A stretch of 43,907 nt of DNA from the NCBI GenBank assembly GCA_014905635.1, contig JABVCE010000024.1, positions 496,001-539,907 of the forward strand. Direction: 5' to 3'. The position numbers and the translations under genes were made by a program. The stretch is from Scenedesmus sp. PABB004 (taxonomy: Eukaryota). Of this stretch, positions 23,511 through 35,293 are shown in pieces. Positions within the stretch are counted from its first letter, which is position 1; every line of letters starts with the position of its first letter. Under the pieces are notes generated by a model. That model did no database searches. It was not told where the DNA came from and saw only the letters and a list, made by a program, of their open reading frames with translations.

Positions 23511-25882
23511 ATGCGCGCCCTGGCCGCGCATCAGCAGCCGCCGTGGTGCGGCGGCCGGCGCGGCGCGCCGGCGGCGGCACCGCCGCGCCGCTGCGCGCCG
23601 CTGCTGCGCGCCCGGCGGCACTGCGCGGCGGCCGCGGGCAAGGTGCGCGGCGCGCGTGGCGTGGTGGGATGGCGTCACGACTGGGCCGCAGAGCTCTGGG
23701 CGGCGGCGGCGGCGGCAGGATCTGCCGCCGCCGTGCTGTCCCCGGCGTCGCCTTGACTTCGACGACGAGCCGCTGCCGTGCGCACGCGCTGCCGCTTGCA
23801 GGACGGCAAGCAGGCTTCCGAGGAGAAGCAGGAAGAGTACGTGGAGGCGCTGAAGAAGGGCGGCGTGGTGCGCCGGAGCCGGAGCCGGAGCGGGCGCCGC
23901 TGGCTGCGGGCTGGCTGCGCACCCGCCGCTGGTCGCGGCAGCAGCAGGCCGCCCACTACCCGCGCCCGCGCCGGCTCCGGCCACACAGGACCAGGCCACC
24001 GCGCAGCGCATCCTCGACAAGTGGCGCGAGGCGGGCGCGGAGTCCGACCCGAGCCAGCTGCGGAAGCTCTTCCTGAGCCAGAGCCTCGTCCCGATCGCCG
24101 CGACCGCGGTGCAGGTGCGCTATTGCCCTCGCCGCCGCCACCGCCACCGCCGCCGCCGCGGCGCTCTCGCCGCCTCTGCCTCTGCGCCGCGCCGCGCGCT
24201 CCCCACCGCGCCGCAGCTCCCCCGCACCCTTGGTCGCCCAGATGCACTCGTGTGCTCGCCCACGCCCCACGCACACACTCACACACGCTCACACACACTC
24301 ACACACACCCAAACACACACACACATCCACAAGCGCAGCTGCTCTTTGACGGCGGCGCCGCCTACTCCATCTTCATGACCTCGACCCTCTTTGCCGCGGG
24401 GCCCGACTTCTGGGGTGCGCAGGCGGTAGTCTTCCCGCCAAAACGCTCGAAACCCCTGCACCTCCCACCTGTGGGCGCGCTGGCTTGCTCGCTTGCTCCC
24501 CCACTCACGCGGGCCCTCCGTGCCCGGCGCCGTTGTACAGGCCGCCCGTTTGCCGTGTTTGGCCTGGACTTCCTGGCCATATACTTCGCACTCAGCGTTT
24601 TCTTCGACGTGATCACACTCACCTCGGGTGCGCGGCGCGGCACGGCGGCGGCTTGGCGCGCGCGCACGCGGCGGCAGGCGCGGGCGACGGCGGCAGGCGC
24701 GGGCACGGGGCGCCCATGCGCCGCGCCACGACCGGCTCTGCGGCCCCGCGCCCCCGCCCCGCAGTCGTCATCACGACCGCCAAGCTCGGCACCGCGCCGC
24801 AGGCGTTCTACGACGGTGCGCCGCTGCGCGACGGGCGGCCACCCGCGCCCGCTGCGCGCGGCTCGGCGCGCGCCGCGCGCGCCGCACGCGCCGCACGCCC
24901 AGCCCGCCGCCACAACCCTGCCGCGCCGCCCTCCCACGCCCCGCGCGGTGCGCAGCGGTCAAGGCCATCGCCGGCCCCGCGGGGTCCGGCGGCGCGGACG
25001 GGCTGAAGATTGTCGAAAAGGCCAAGGCAGCGGTCTCGGCCGTCAAGGTGCGTGTGCGCGCGTGCTGCTGTTTGCTCTGCCTGTGTCCTCCTGAGCGTGT
25101 GTGCGCATGCATGCGTGCGCCGCGTCAGGTCGCGTCGGCGCTGGACGCCATCGCCGGCCTGCTCGAGACGGCGGCGGCCGGCGGCGCCACGCGGGGCGAC
25201 GCGACGAAGAGCATCGACACGCTGAGCAACCTGTCGGCCTATGTCACGCTCTACCGGTGAGCGGGGCGCGATCAGCCTGTGCCGGCCTCGCCGTCGCGCC
25301 CCCGCCGCGCCGGCCGACGCGGCGGCGCCGCGCCACGCCACGCCGCGCCCGCCGCCGCCGCAGCGCCGAGTCGGCGGGCGGCTTTGACCCGGCGCGTGTC
25401 GGGCTGTCGGAGGCGGAGGCGGCCAACATCGCGCTCGTGTTTGGGCAGTACGACCTGGACGACAACAACAAGTGCGCCGCATGGGGCCCAAACCCAAAAC
25501 CAAAACCCCCTGCGCTGCTGGGCTGTACGGCTGCCGACCCGGCCCCCCTGGTTGCCCTGCTGCGCCGCCGCCACGCCACCCGCCGCCGTGCCGCCCGCCC
25601 GCCGCGCCAGGCTGGACGCGCGGGAGTTCCGGGGCATGCTCTCCGCGCTCGGCTCGGACGTGACCGAGGACGAGGCGGCCGCCGCGATGGAGGTGCGCGG
25701 CCCGCCGCGGCCGCCGGGCGCGCGACGCTGCCACCGCGAGCGCTGCCGCCGCCGCCGCCGCCGCTGACCGCTGCCCTGCGCCCCCGCCGCCGGCGCCGCA
25801 GGTCATGGACACGGACAAGGACAGCTTCATCACGTTTGCCGAGTTTGCGGAGTGGTGGGCGGCGCGCAAGCGCAGCAAGTGA
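23511..25882 (+). CDS. Plastid-targeted membrane protein with a C-terminal EF-hand pair, 11 exons
   Basis: Transit-peptide-like start, hydrophobic segments (LLFDGGAAYSIFMTSTLFAA; FAVFGLDFLAIYFALSVFFDVITL) and EF-hand loops FGQYDLDDNNK|LDAREF and MDTDKDSFITFAEF. Confidence 0.85.
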
Positions 25883-26406
25883 GGCGGAGAACGTGACGGC
25901 CGCCGCGGTCTCGTGACCGCCTGGTGAACGCCGTGGCGTGCCCATTGACCGCGTTGACCGCGGCCCCCTAGGCTCCGTACGAGTGCGCAAGCCCCCAGGA
26001 GCACGCATGAAACCGCACGGCGTCGTCCCGCGGCCCGGCGGCCCGGCGTTGCGGGCTGGGAGCGCTCGCGACGCCGCGGCGCGGTCTGGCGCCCGCGCCC
26101 GCTCGGCTTGCGCGCTGCCGCCCCCGCCTCCGCGCAAGTCTGGAACACTACATCGCCGCACGTCTGCCGAGCGCCCAGCAGCAGCCGCTGCGCAGCTGGC
26201 GCCCAGCAGTCGCCTCAGTCGCCGCGCGCTCGCTCTCGCCACGCAGCCTGCAGCACCAGCGCCTCCAGCAGGCGCCAGCAGCTGACCCGCTCCCGTAGCG
26301 AGCCCCGCCCGGGCCTGCGCGGGCTGCCGTCTCGGAGCGCGCTCGCGCCGAGCCCGCGCGGCGCCGCGCCGCTGCTCTGCCGCCGCCGGCGGCGGCGCCT
26401 CGCGCC

Positions 26407-29400
26407 ATGATCCTGTCAAAGGCCCGGGCCCGGCAGCCCGCCGGCCGGGGCGACTCGGTGAGCGGCGACCGGGCCGCGCCGGCGCGGCGCACGCGGGCCC
26501 CAGGGCCCGCGCGGCGCACCGCAGCGCGGCCGCCGACGCGCGCCGCCGAGCGCAGGCCAAGCGCGGCGGCGAGAAGCGCGTGCCCAGCCTGGAGGAGCTG
26601 CTGGAGGCCCGGGACTACGTGGGCGCCATCACGCTGCTGCAGTACAAGTGCGGCGCGCACGCGGGCGCGCGCTCGATCGAGCACGCGGGCGCGCGCCCCG
26701 GCCAGCGCTCGTGAGCGAGGCCCGCCCGCCCCTGCGCAGGCGCCGGGGCGCGCGCGGCGACGCCAAGCTCGCCGAGTGGCAGGCGTACGCGCACTTCCAC
26801 CACGGCGAGCAAGACAAGGCGCGCAGGCGCAGAGCGCGGGCGCAGCGCGCGCGCGCCAGCGCCCCTGCGCGCCAAGCCGCCGCGCGCTCACCAAAACACA
26901 CTATGCCCCCTCTCACACACACACTCACAAAGCACACAATCACACACTCACACGCACCCACGCTCCCAGGCGCTCGCGCTGTACCGGGAGCTGCTGGCGG
27001 GGCCCGACCCCGACCCGGTCCACCACATCTACGCCGCGGCCTGCTGCCTCCACATGGGCCTCCTGGAAGAGGCGGTGGAGGCGGCCAGCATGGTGCGGCG
27101 CGCGGGGCTGGCGATGCGGAGCCTGGCCGCGGCGTGGCCAGCAGGGTTTGACTGCTTGCCGCGCAGCGCGGCGCGCAGAGCCGCAGCGCGGCGCCGGCGG
27201 CGGCGGCGGCGGCAGCGCGGTCGGCCGACGCCCGCGCCGCGGCCGCGCCGCGCAGGGCCCGCGCTGCCCGCTCGCGACGCGCGTGCTGTTCCACGCGGCG
27301 CACCGCCGCGGCGACGAGGACGGCCTCATGGCGCAGCACGGCGCGCTGGGGGACGGGCCGGAGGACCAGCTCAGCCTCGCGGCGCTGCACTTCCACCGGG
27401 GGCACTTCCAGGCGCGGCGCGCAGTGCCGGCTGGCCGGGCCGGGCCAGGCGGACACCGTGCGGCGGGCGGCGCACCGGCCGCCCACCGCGCGCTGGCGCT
27501 GGGCTCCGGGCGGCGCGGCCCACGCGGCGCGCCGCGCGCCGCACCGGCCGCAGGAGGCGGCGGACATCTACAAGGCGCTGCTGCTGGAGAGCCGCGACCT
27601 CGCCGCGCTGAGCTACCACGTGGCCCTCTGCTACGCCAAGCTCGACTTTTACGACGTCAGCAACGAGCTCCTGCAGGTCCGGTGTGCCTGTGTCTCTGCC
27701 CGGGCGCGCTGCCAGCGTCGACTGACGGGGCTGCGGCCGGGGAGGGGCAGAGGGGGTGTGCCAGGTGCACGCAGCGCGCGGCGACGCGAGCCCCTGCGCG
27801 CCGCCGCCGCAGACCTACCTGAGCAGCCACCCCACCAGCCCGCTCAGCGTCAACCTGCGTGCCTGCAACGCCTTCCGGTGCGCCGCGCGCGCACGCGACC
27901 TCTGCCGCCGCCCGCTGACTGCGAACCGACCACGCTGCGCTGCGCCTCCCGGCTGACCTCCCGACCCCGCGCCGCGCGCCGTGCCCCGCGACACGCCGCA
28001 GGATGTTCAACGGCAAGGCCGCCGAGGCGGAGCTGCGCGGCCTGGCTGAGGCGTGCGGCGGGCGGCACGCGGAGGCCCACGCGCTCGTGCGGCACAACCT
28101 GGTCGTCTTCCGCGGCGGCGAGGGAGCGATGCAGGCGCGCGCGCGCCCGCGCCGTCGCGGCACGCTGAGCATCCAAGCCCCCCCGCAACGGCCGGGCCCG
28201 CCCGCCGCCGAGCGCGGCGCGCCGCGACCGCGGCTCTGACGCCGCGCCACGTGTCGTGCCGCGCCGCGCGCAGGTGCTGCCCGCCCTGGGCGACGCGCCG
28301 CCCGAAGCCGCGCTGAACCTGGTGATCCACCACCTGCGCCGCGGCAAGGTCGGCGAGGCCGCGGCGCTGCTGAGCGGCCGCGGCCCCCAGCGACGCCGCA
28401 CGAGTACATCCTGCAGGCGCGGCTTGGGCGAGCCAAGGGGCGGCAGGCAGCAGGCAGAGCAGCCGGCGCACGCAGGGCCGGCTGACGGGCCGCTGCGCGC
28501 GCCGCCGCCGCGCGCCGCGCCCGCGCAGGCTGTCGTCGGCGTGCTGCAGGGCCAGGCGAGCGGCAGCATGGAACAGCTCAAGGCCGCGCAGCAGGCCTTC
28601 CAGGTCTGGCCCCGCGCGGCAGCAGGGCTGGCGCGCGAGCGCGCCAGCCGCGCGCGGCGCGCCGCCGGCGGCGGCAGCCCCGGCCCAGTCGCTGAGCGCG
28701 CGCGCCTTTCCGGCGCGGTCCCGCCGTCGCCGCCGCCGCCGCCGGCGCAGGTGGTGGGATCGAGCGCAAGCGAGTGCGACACCATCCCCGGGCGCCAGGC
28801 CATGGCGAGCGCCTACTTCCTGGCGGGCGCGTGGGAGGACGTGCTGGTCTTCCTCAACGTGAGGCGGCGTTTCTTGTAGCGATGAGGCCCAGGGCGGGCC
28901 GCCGCGCAGCGGCGGGGCCGCACGCTGGTCCCCGCGCGCTCCGCGCCACGCGCGGCTGCGTCAGAGACAGCCTCGGGCTCCGCGGCGAGCCGCGCCGCGC
29001 GCCGGCCCAGACCTCACCGCCCCTGCCGCGCCTTGCAATCAACGGCGGCAGTCCATCAAGTCGTACTTTGCTGGCGACGACACGTTTGCATGGAACCTCG
29101 CCCTCGCGCTTGCGGCCACGGGCGCGCACCGCGAGGCGGCCGATGCGCTGCGCGGCATCACCAGCGAGACTATCAGGCCAGCGCCGCGCGGGGGTGACAT
29201 TGCGGCGGCGGCTGGGCTGGGCAGCGCCCCGGGCGGCAGGCAGCGCCGCCGTGCGGTGGGGCGCCTGCGCCCGGGCCCTGCTCAGCGAGCGCCGCCCGCC
29301 GCCCGCTGCGTGCTGCGCGGTCCGCCAGGTCGGACCCGCTGCACCTCGCCTGGCTGTGCCGCTGTCTGGTGCTGTCGGGGCGCGCGGGCGAGGCTTGGGC

Positions 29401-30026
29401 GGCGTACGAGGCCGCCGCGGGGGCCGGCGCGCCGGGCGCTGCGGGCGAGGCTGGATACCGGCTGCTGCAGGTGATCGCGGGCGACTGCTACCGCGCGGGC
29501 GCCTTCCTCCACGCGCTCAGGGTGCGTGCGCGCCGCAGCGGGCGGGGCGAGCGCCGGACCCGCTGCGGCTGGCCGGCGCGGCTGGCGAGGGCGGGGCGCG
29601 CGCCGCGCCCGCCCAGCGGCCAGCGGCCGCCGCCCCGGCCCACGGCCCCGCCGCACGTACTCCGCCAGGCGCTGGACGCGCTGGAGCGGCTCGACCCCGC
29701 GCCGGAGCTGCTCGAGGCCAAGCGCGGCGCGGCGGCGGGGGCGCTGCAGCTCATTGTCGCCGGCAAGCTGCAGGTGGGCCGGCGCCGCGCTGCCAGCGCC
29801 GCGCCGCTGCTCCGCTGGCGGCGGGGCTGGCTGACGACGTTGCGCCGCCGCGCTGGCCGCCGCCGCGCGCGCGCAGCCCGAGCTGCTGGCAGAGGTGGTG
29901 GAGCTGCTGCAGGCCAGCGCGGGCGGCGGCGCCGGTGGGCGGGCGCGTCCGGCGGCAGCGCAGCAGGTGGAGCACATGGTGCGCGTGATGCGGGCGTGGG
30001 GGCTGCGCAACGGCGTCGCGGTGTGA
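26407..30026 (+). CDS. IFT56: Intraflagellar transport protein 56 (IFT56/DYF13/TTC26), about 15 exons; apparent 1-nt frameshift at 28384-28388
   Basis: MILSKAR..., [122 protein letters not shown] and [17 protein letters not shown] match known DYF13/TTC26 motifs. Confidence 0.95.
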
Positions 30027-30372
30027 GCGTGGCGGGGCCGGCGCCAGCTCTGTGCATGCGTTTGGTGTTACTCTTGACTTGCCGGTGGCGCCGGGCCGGC
30101 TCTTTATTGCCAGCAGCGAGACAGCACATACGCCAGCAGCTGCTCGTGCCTGTCTTGCTTTGCCCAGCCGCCGCACATACGCCGCTCCCTACTAGCCGCG
30201 CAGTGCTGCTAGCCCCCGCGACTTGAGACCAGCTGACGCAATGGCTTCCCGGACCCACAGCGTTGCGCGCACGTGTCTTGAAGTGGACTCTAGCAGACAT
30301 GTGACTTGTCCAAGGCTCCTTGGTGATGGGGGCGAGGCCCAGACTTGGTGACAATGAGCGTGCTTGCGCGGC

Positions 30373-33300
30373 TCAGTTGCACAGCATGCGGACGCGGGCG
30401 AGTGCTTGCTGCGCGCTGTCCAGGACTCCAGCGAAGCCGACGGTGTAGAGGCCGGGCGTGCAGTTGAACGCCGGTGCGGGTGTGATTGTCTGTGTGAACG
30501 TTGTGTCTGGATAGAACGCAAAGGGCCCTGGGGCGCCGCCCGGGACGGTGGCACCGGTGAAGTCCCAAGCTCCCAACTCGACCGCCCTGATCCACGCGTC
30601 CGTGCGCGCAGAGAAACTGAAAAAGACTGAGTTGGCGAGGGTGTTTGCTGTGGCGGTAGAAGCGCCGGAGGTACAGCCCCACGTGACAGTTGCAACGACA
30701 AAATCGTTGCCCCGTGTGGTGCAGTGGATGCGCAAAGCTGTGACGCGCGTTGTGGTTGAGGTGTCCTGTCGTGAGAGAACGTCGACTCGGTAGACGTACG
30801 TCCCTGGGTTGGGGCAAGTGGCAGTAAAACTCAACGTGTTCACGGGCTGTGCGGTGCCAGCCACGTCCGGTGACATCTGCACGTTTGCGAGCGAGGTGCA
30901 ACAGGCATTGCTCAGCGTGGCCAGCGTCGTGCCGTCCGGCGGGATCGGAGGGAACGTGCGCCCCACAGTGCCGACGGGGCATGCCACGTTGAGTGCCTTG
31001 CACGTGGGCTGCGAGCGCGCACGGGCGCAGGCATGAGCACGGCGGCGCTGCGGCACCGCGGGCTGGCTTGAGCAAACGCCGCCGCACCTTGCAGCAAGTC
31101 AACTGGGCATCGTTCAGTGACGTGCCGTCTGGTACAAGAGCCTGGATTAGGTTGTTGTTCGGTACATAATCAGGGGGGCAGCCGATTGCCTTACACGTGC
31201 GCTGCGACAGGGCAAGGCGGTCGCAGTGCGAGGCGTCAGTTCGCGTGACGCCGCGCCGCCGGCGCGCGCCGGCGCAGAGCTTGACAGCATGGCGGCCGCC
31301 ACCACAGTCCGCTCTGCACGCAAACTCCGCACCTGGCAGCACAAACCATTGGTCGGTGTGTCGCCATCACTCGGGATAGGCGGGGGCTGCTTCAGCGTGT
31401 AGCCGGTTGTGCAGGTGAAGGATGATGCCGTGCAGGTTGGCTGCGGCAGGGCGCGGCGGCCGGGTGTGCGGCGTCAGTCAGTCAGCGCGCAGACGCAGAC
31501 GCCGTGGCGCACCACCGCCCATCCTACCCCCCAGACGCCGCACCTTGCAGCAAAGGAGCACAGCCTCAGTCAGTGACGCGCCATCTGGTATGACAGGCCA
31601 GATGCTCTTGGTTAAGTAACCGGGGGGGCACGTCATACCAGCTGAACCAGTGGCTATGGCGCCACATGTGAGCTGCGACAGGGCAAGGGCGCGGGGAACG
31701 GGGGTGGGTGGGGGCAGGATTGACGTGCATGCGGTCGTCTGCCGCCGCGCGCGCACAACACCCACCCGTGCACTTCGTTGTAGCGGCATCCCATCCAAAG
31801 CCGTTGGCGCAGTCGCACATGTAGCCGCTGCCAGGCGCAGCGACGTCGTGGCAGGTGCCGTTGGAGTTGGCCACGTTGGCACAGGGATTGCCGCCGCCTG
31901 CGGTGGCGCAATCATCCTTCTCTGCGGGGCAGCGCAAGCGCCCAGGTCGGCAGCATGAGCTCCGACCTTGGATTGCCAGCGCCGTCGAGCGGAGCCCGCT
32001 GGGGCACGCGCTCACCGATGCACTTGCGCTGCGCCGCGCTCCATGTCAGGCCGCGTGTGCAGCCACAGCTGAAGCCGCCGCCCGCGGTGTTGGAGCACGC
32101 GCCATCCGACCCCACGACAGCGGCGCAGGGGTTGTTGGTTGGGTCGCAAATGTCGTTTGCTGCGGCGGTGAGCGCGGCGAGTAGGGCGGCCGAGTCGGTG
32201 GATGGTGCACAAGGGGCACAGAGGCACACAGACGCACACCCCGTCACTCACCCGGGCTCGGGCTCGGGCTGGGCCTGGGGACGGGGCTCGGGCTCGAGGG
32301 GCTCGGGCTCGAGGGGCTTGGGCTCGGGCTGGGCTTCTGTGCCGGGGTGGTGCACGTGGACGTGGCCGGGTTGCAGAAGAAGCTCGCGCAGTCGCCATCC
32401 GCCTTGCACGACTTGTTATCGCCGCAGAGGGCGCACGAGCTGCCGCCGCAGTCCACAGCGGTCTCATCGCCGTTCTTGACACCGTCGGTGCAGGTCGGCT
32501 CCTGCAGTGGGCAGCCGGCACCATGCCAATGGTCGGCGTCAGCTGCTAATCTGAGCGGTTTCGCCGAGTGAGCGGGAGCAGGCACAATCACGCACCTTTG
32601 TCGCGCACACGCCGCTGACGCAATTGGTGGACGCGCAGTCGGTTGCAGCGGTGCACTTGCTGCCGGCCGGGCATGCAGGGCAGGTGCCACCGCAGGTGGT
32701 GTTCGAGCAGGACGGTGCCTGCGCGTTTCAGGCAGGTGGCGGCAGCGCAGCGAGGGGTTGCGTATTGCTGGGTGTTGCGCGCGACACATGGCGCCGCGCG
32801 CTGCGCATGCTCACCACCGTCGAGCACACGCTGTTCACACAGTTGCCAGACGAGCAGTCGCCGTCGAGTGCGCACGGCTGCTGGAGCGGGCAGGGGCGGC
32901 AGCTGACGCCGCCGCAGTCGGTGCCTGCGGTCAGGCAGCGGCCAAGCGTGAGGCCAGGCCGGCTGTCAGGGTGCCACCACAAGGCGGTGCGCAAGGCTGC
33001 TGAGGGGGCGCCGACCGCCCCGCACCCGTCTCGTCCTGGTTCTTGATGCCGTCGGAGCACGTGGGCCAGGCCCCGCTGCACGTGCCCTGCACACAGTTGC
33101 CTGTATCACAATCAGTTGGCACCAGGCATGTGGTGCCAATGGAGCAGGCGGGGCAGGCGCTGCCACCGCAGTCTACGCCCGTCTCCAGACCGTTCTTGAT
33201 GCCGTCGGAGCAAGTTGGGTGCTGCAGGGTGTCAGCAATGAGGCAGGTGTGAGACGCCGGGAGCAAGAGGGTCGAGAGGCAGCTCGCTGCATCCGCCCTC

Positions 33301-35265
33301 GCGCGTGCGCGCACCGGTTCGCCGCAGGAGCCTCCCTTGCAGTAGTCAGAGCCGCAATCGGAGTCTATCTTGCAGGCGGCGTGGATGGTGAGGCACGGGA
33401 GGCACGAGCTGCCACCGCAGTCCACGTCAGTCTCGTCACCGTTCTTGATGCCGTCAAAGCAGGTCGGCTCCTGTGTCTTGCACACACCGTTGATGCAGTT
33501 GGCGGACGTGCAGTCATACGCAGTTGAACATTTACCGCCGACTGGGCACGCCGGGCAAACGCCGCCGCAGGTGGTGCTAGAGCAGGACGGCGGCTGCGCG
33601 TTCCGGACAGGCAGCAGCAGCGCAGCGAGGGGGTTGAGCGCTGCTGCACAGAGTGCAGCGCACACCCGCCGGGGCTGCGCTGCGCGCGCTCACCTGGCGG
33701 GCGCAGAAGCTGCCCCTGCACAGCAGGCCAGTGCTGCAGTCCGAGTCAAAGGTGCAGCGCGTTCCTCTGCGGCACTCGGGGCAGTTGGGCCCGCCGCAGT
33801 CGACGTCGGTTTCGTTGCCATTCCAGATGCCTGTGCGGTGCGCCAGCGGGGAGGGGCTCGGGTCGGGCTGTAACCGCTGGCGAGCGCGCAGCGCTGGTGG
33901 TAGCCGCATGCTGCGGCCCAGCACGGGGGGCGTGGTGCGCGCGCACCGTCGTTGCACGTGGGGACCTGGGCGACGCAGCTGCCCTTGTTGCAGTTGCTGG
34001 ACGCGCAGTCCGAGGGCCGCTCGCAGCGCTGCCCCGTGCCGCACGGAAGGCAGCTCGAGCCGCCGCAATCCACACCTGCGAGGGCGCGAGCGTAGCGCAG
34101 CACGTCGGCACCCAGAGGCGCGTGCGGCAGAGCCCCCCTCCTCCCCCCTCCTCCCCACCGCGGGCGCGGGCCACGGGCCACACCTGTCTCGCCCGGGCTC
34201 AGCAGGCCGTCCTGGCAGGATGCAGCCAACACGGCGCAGAAGCCACCCTTGCAAAGACCATCTGTGCAGTGTGCAGAGCTGGAGCACCGCTTGCCGGTCG
34301 AGCACGTAGGGCAGCTCCCGCCGCAGTCCACGTCTGTGTGCGTGGGTGTGCGTGTGCGTGAGGCGGCGGCAGCAGATCAGGCGGCGTTGTGCGGCAGTGC
34401 CCGCTGCAGGGCACCCCGGGCGCGCTCGGCGCGGCGCACCTGTCTCGTCGCCGCTCTTGACGCCGTCCGTGCAGTGGGCCGGGGTCACCTGCGCGCGCGC
34501 ACACAGCGATGGGTCGGTCCACAGGGCCCAACAAGCCGCCCCCTCGCTCCCCCGCTCGCGCGCCTCGCTGTGCGTGCGTGCGCGCGCCACTACTCACCAC
34601 ACCGCCGGTGACGCACTGGCCGGCGCTGCACGCGCCCCCGGTGCAGGCCGCGCCGTCAGCCTGGTTCCTCCAGTAAATCATGCCCGTGTTGGCGTCGCAC
34701 CCCAGCGGCGCGCGGCACTGCTCGGGCGGGGGCCGCACGCACGCACGGCACGCCGAGGTGCCGCCGGGCGACCAGGCGCCCGCCGCACACTTTGTGCAGG
34801 TGGGGCCGGGCGCGTAGCCGTAGCCAGGCACACAGACTGCGGGAGCGCGCGAGTGTGAGGTGAGGCGAGAGCCCGCGCCTTGGTGCGCTTGCTGCGCGTA
34901 GCAGGCCGCGCACCATCACAAGCCTTGGAGTTGTGCCCTACGGTGGTGAAGGGGAACGGGCAGCGATTGCAGCCTCGCTTGGAAGCAGTGAGCGTGTAGC
35001 CTGGGCTTGAGCACAGGCAAATCGGCGGGGAGCCAGGCGTGCACGCGGCGCAGCCCGGGATGCCGCATCCGTGCAGCGCCGAGCTCGGCGGCAGCTTGAC
35101 GCCGCACTTGCTCTCCGTCGCAGCCACGGCTGCGGGTACTGCTGCGTGAGCGGCCGTGGCAGCGGCAAGCATCAGAGCGAGTCCGAGAAGCGCCGCTGAA
35201 GCGGGGCGGCGCCCGCGCTGCGGGCAGAGCTGGGTACATAGCGGTGACATGTTGGAACGTTTCAT
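30373..35265 (-). CDS. Secreted Cys-rich repeat protein, copy A: signal peptide, DCGG repeats, SP linker, 2 EGF units, then 4 TC..CC repeats and a putative beta-prism domain; may be a chimeric, out-of-phase fusion
   Basis: Mirror of copy B down to about 31688, then unrelated exons ending ...LARVRMLCN* at 30373. Confidence 0.75.
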
Positions 35266-35293
35266 GAAAAAACGTTGAGAGAGCGCAAACTGC
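31688..35293 (-). repeat. Left arm of a ~3.6 kb inverted duplication
   Basis: Reverse complement of 37260-40867. Mirrored ORF coordinates sum to 72553 (34678+37875, 32244+40309), then to 72556 outside a short diverged patch (31912+40644). Confidence 0.97.
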
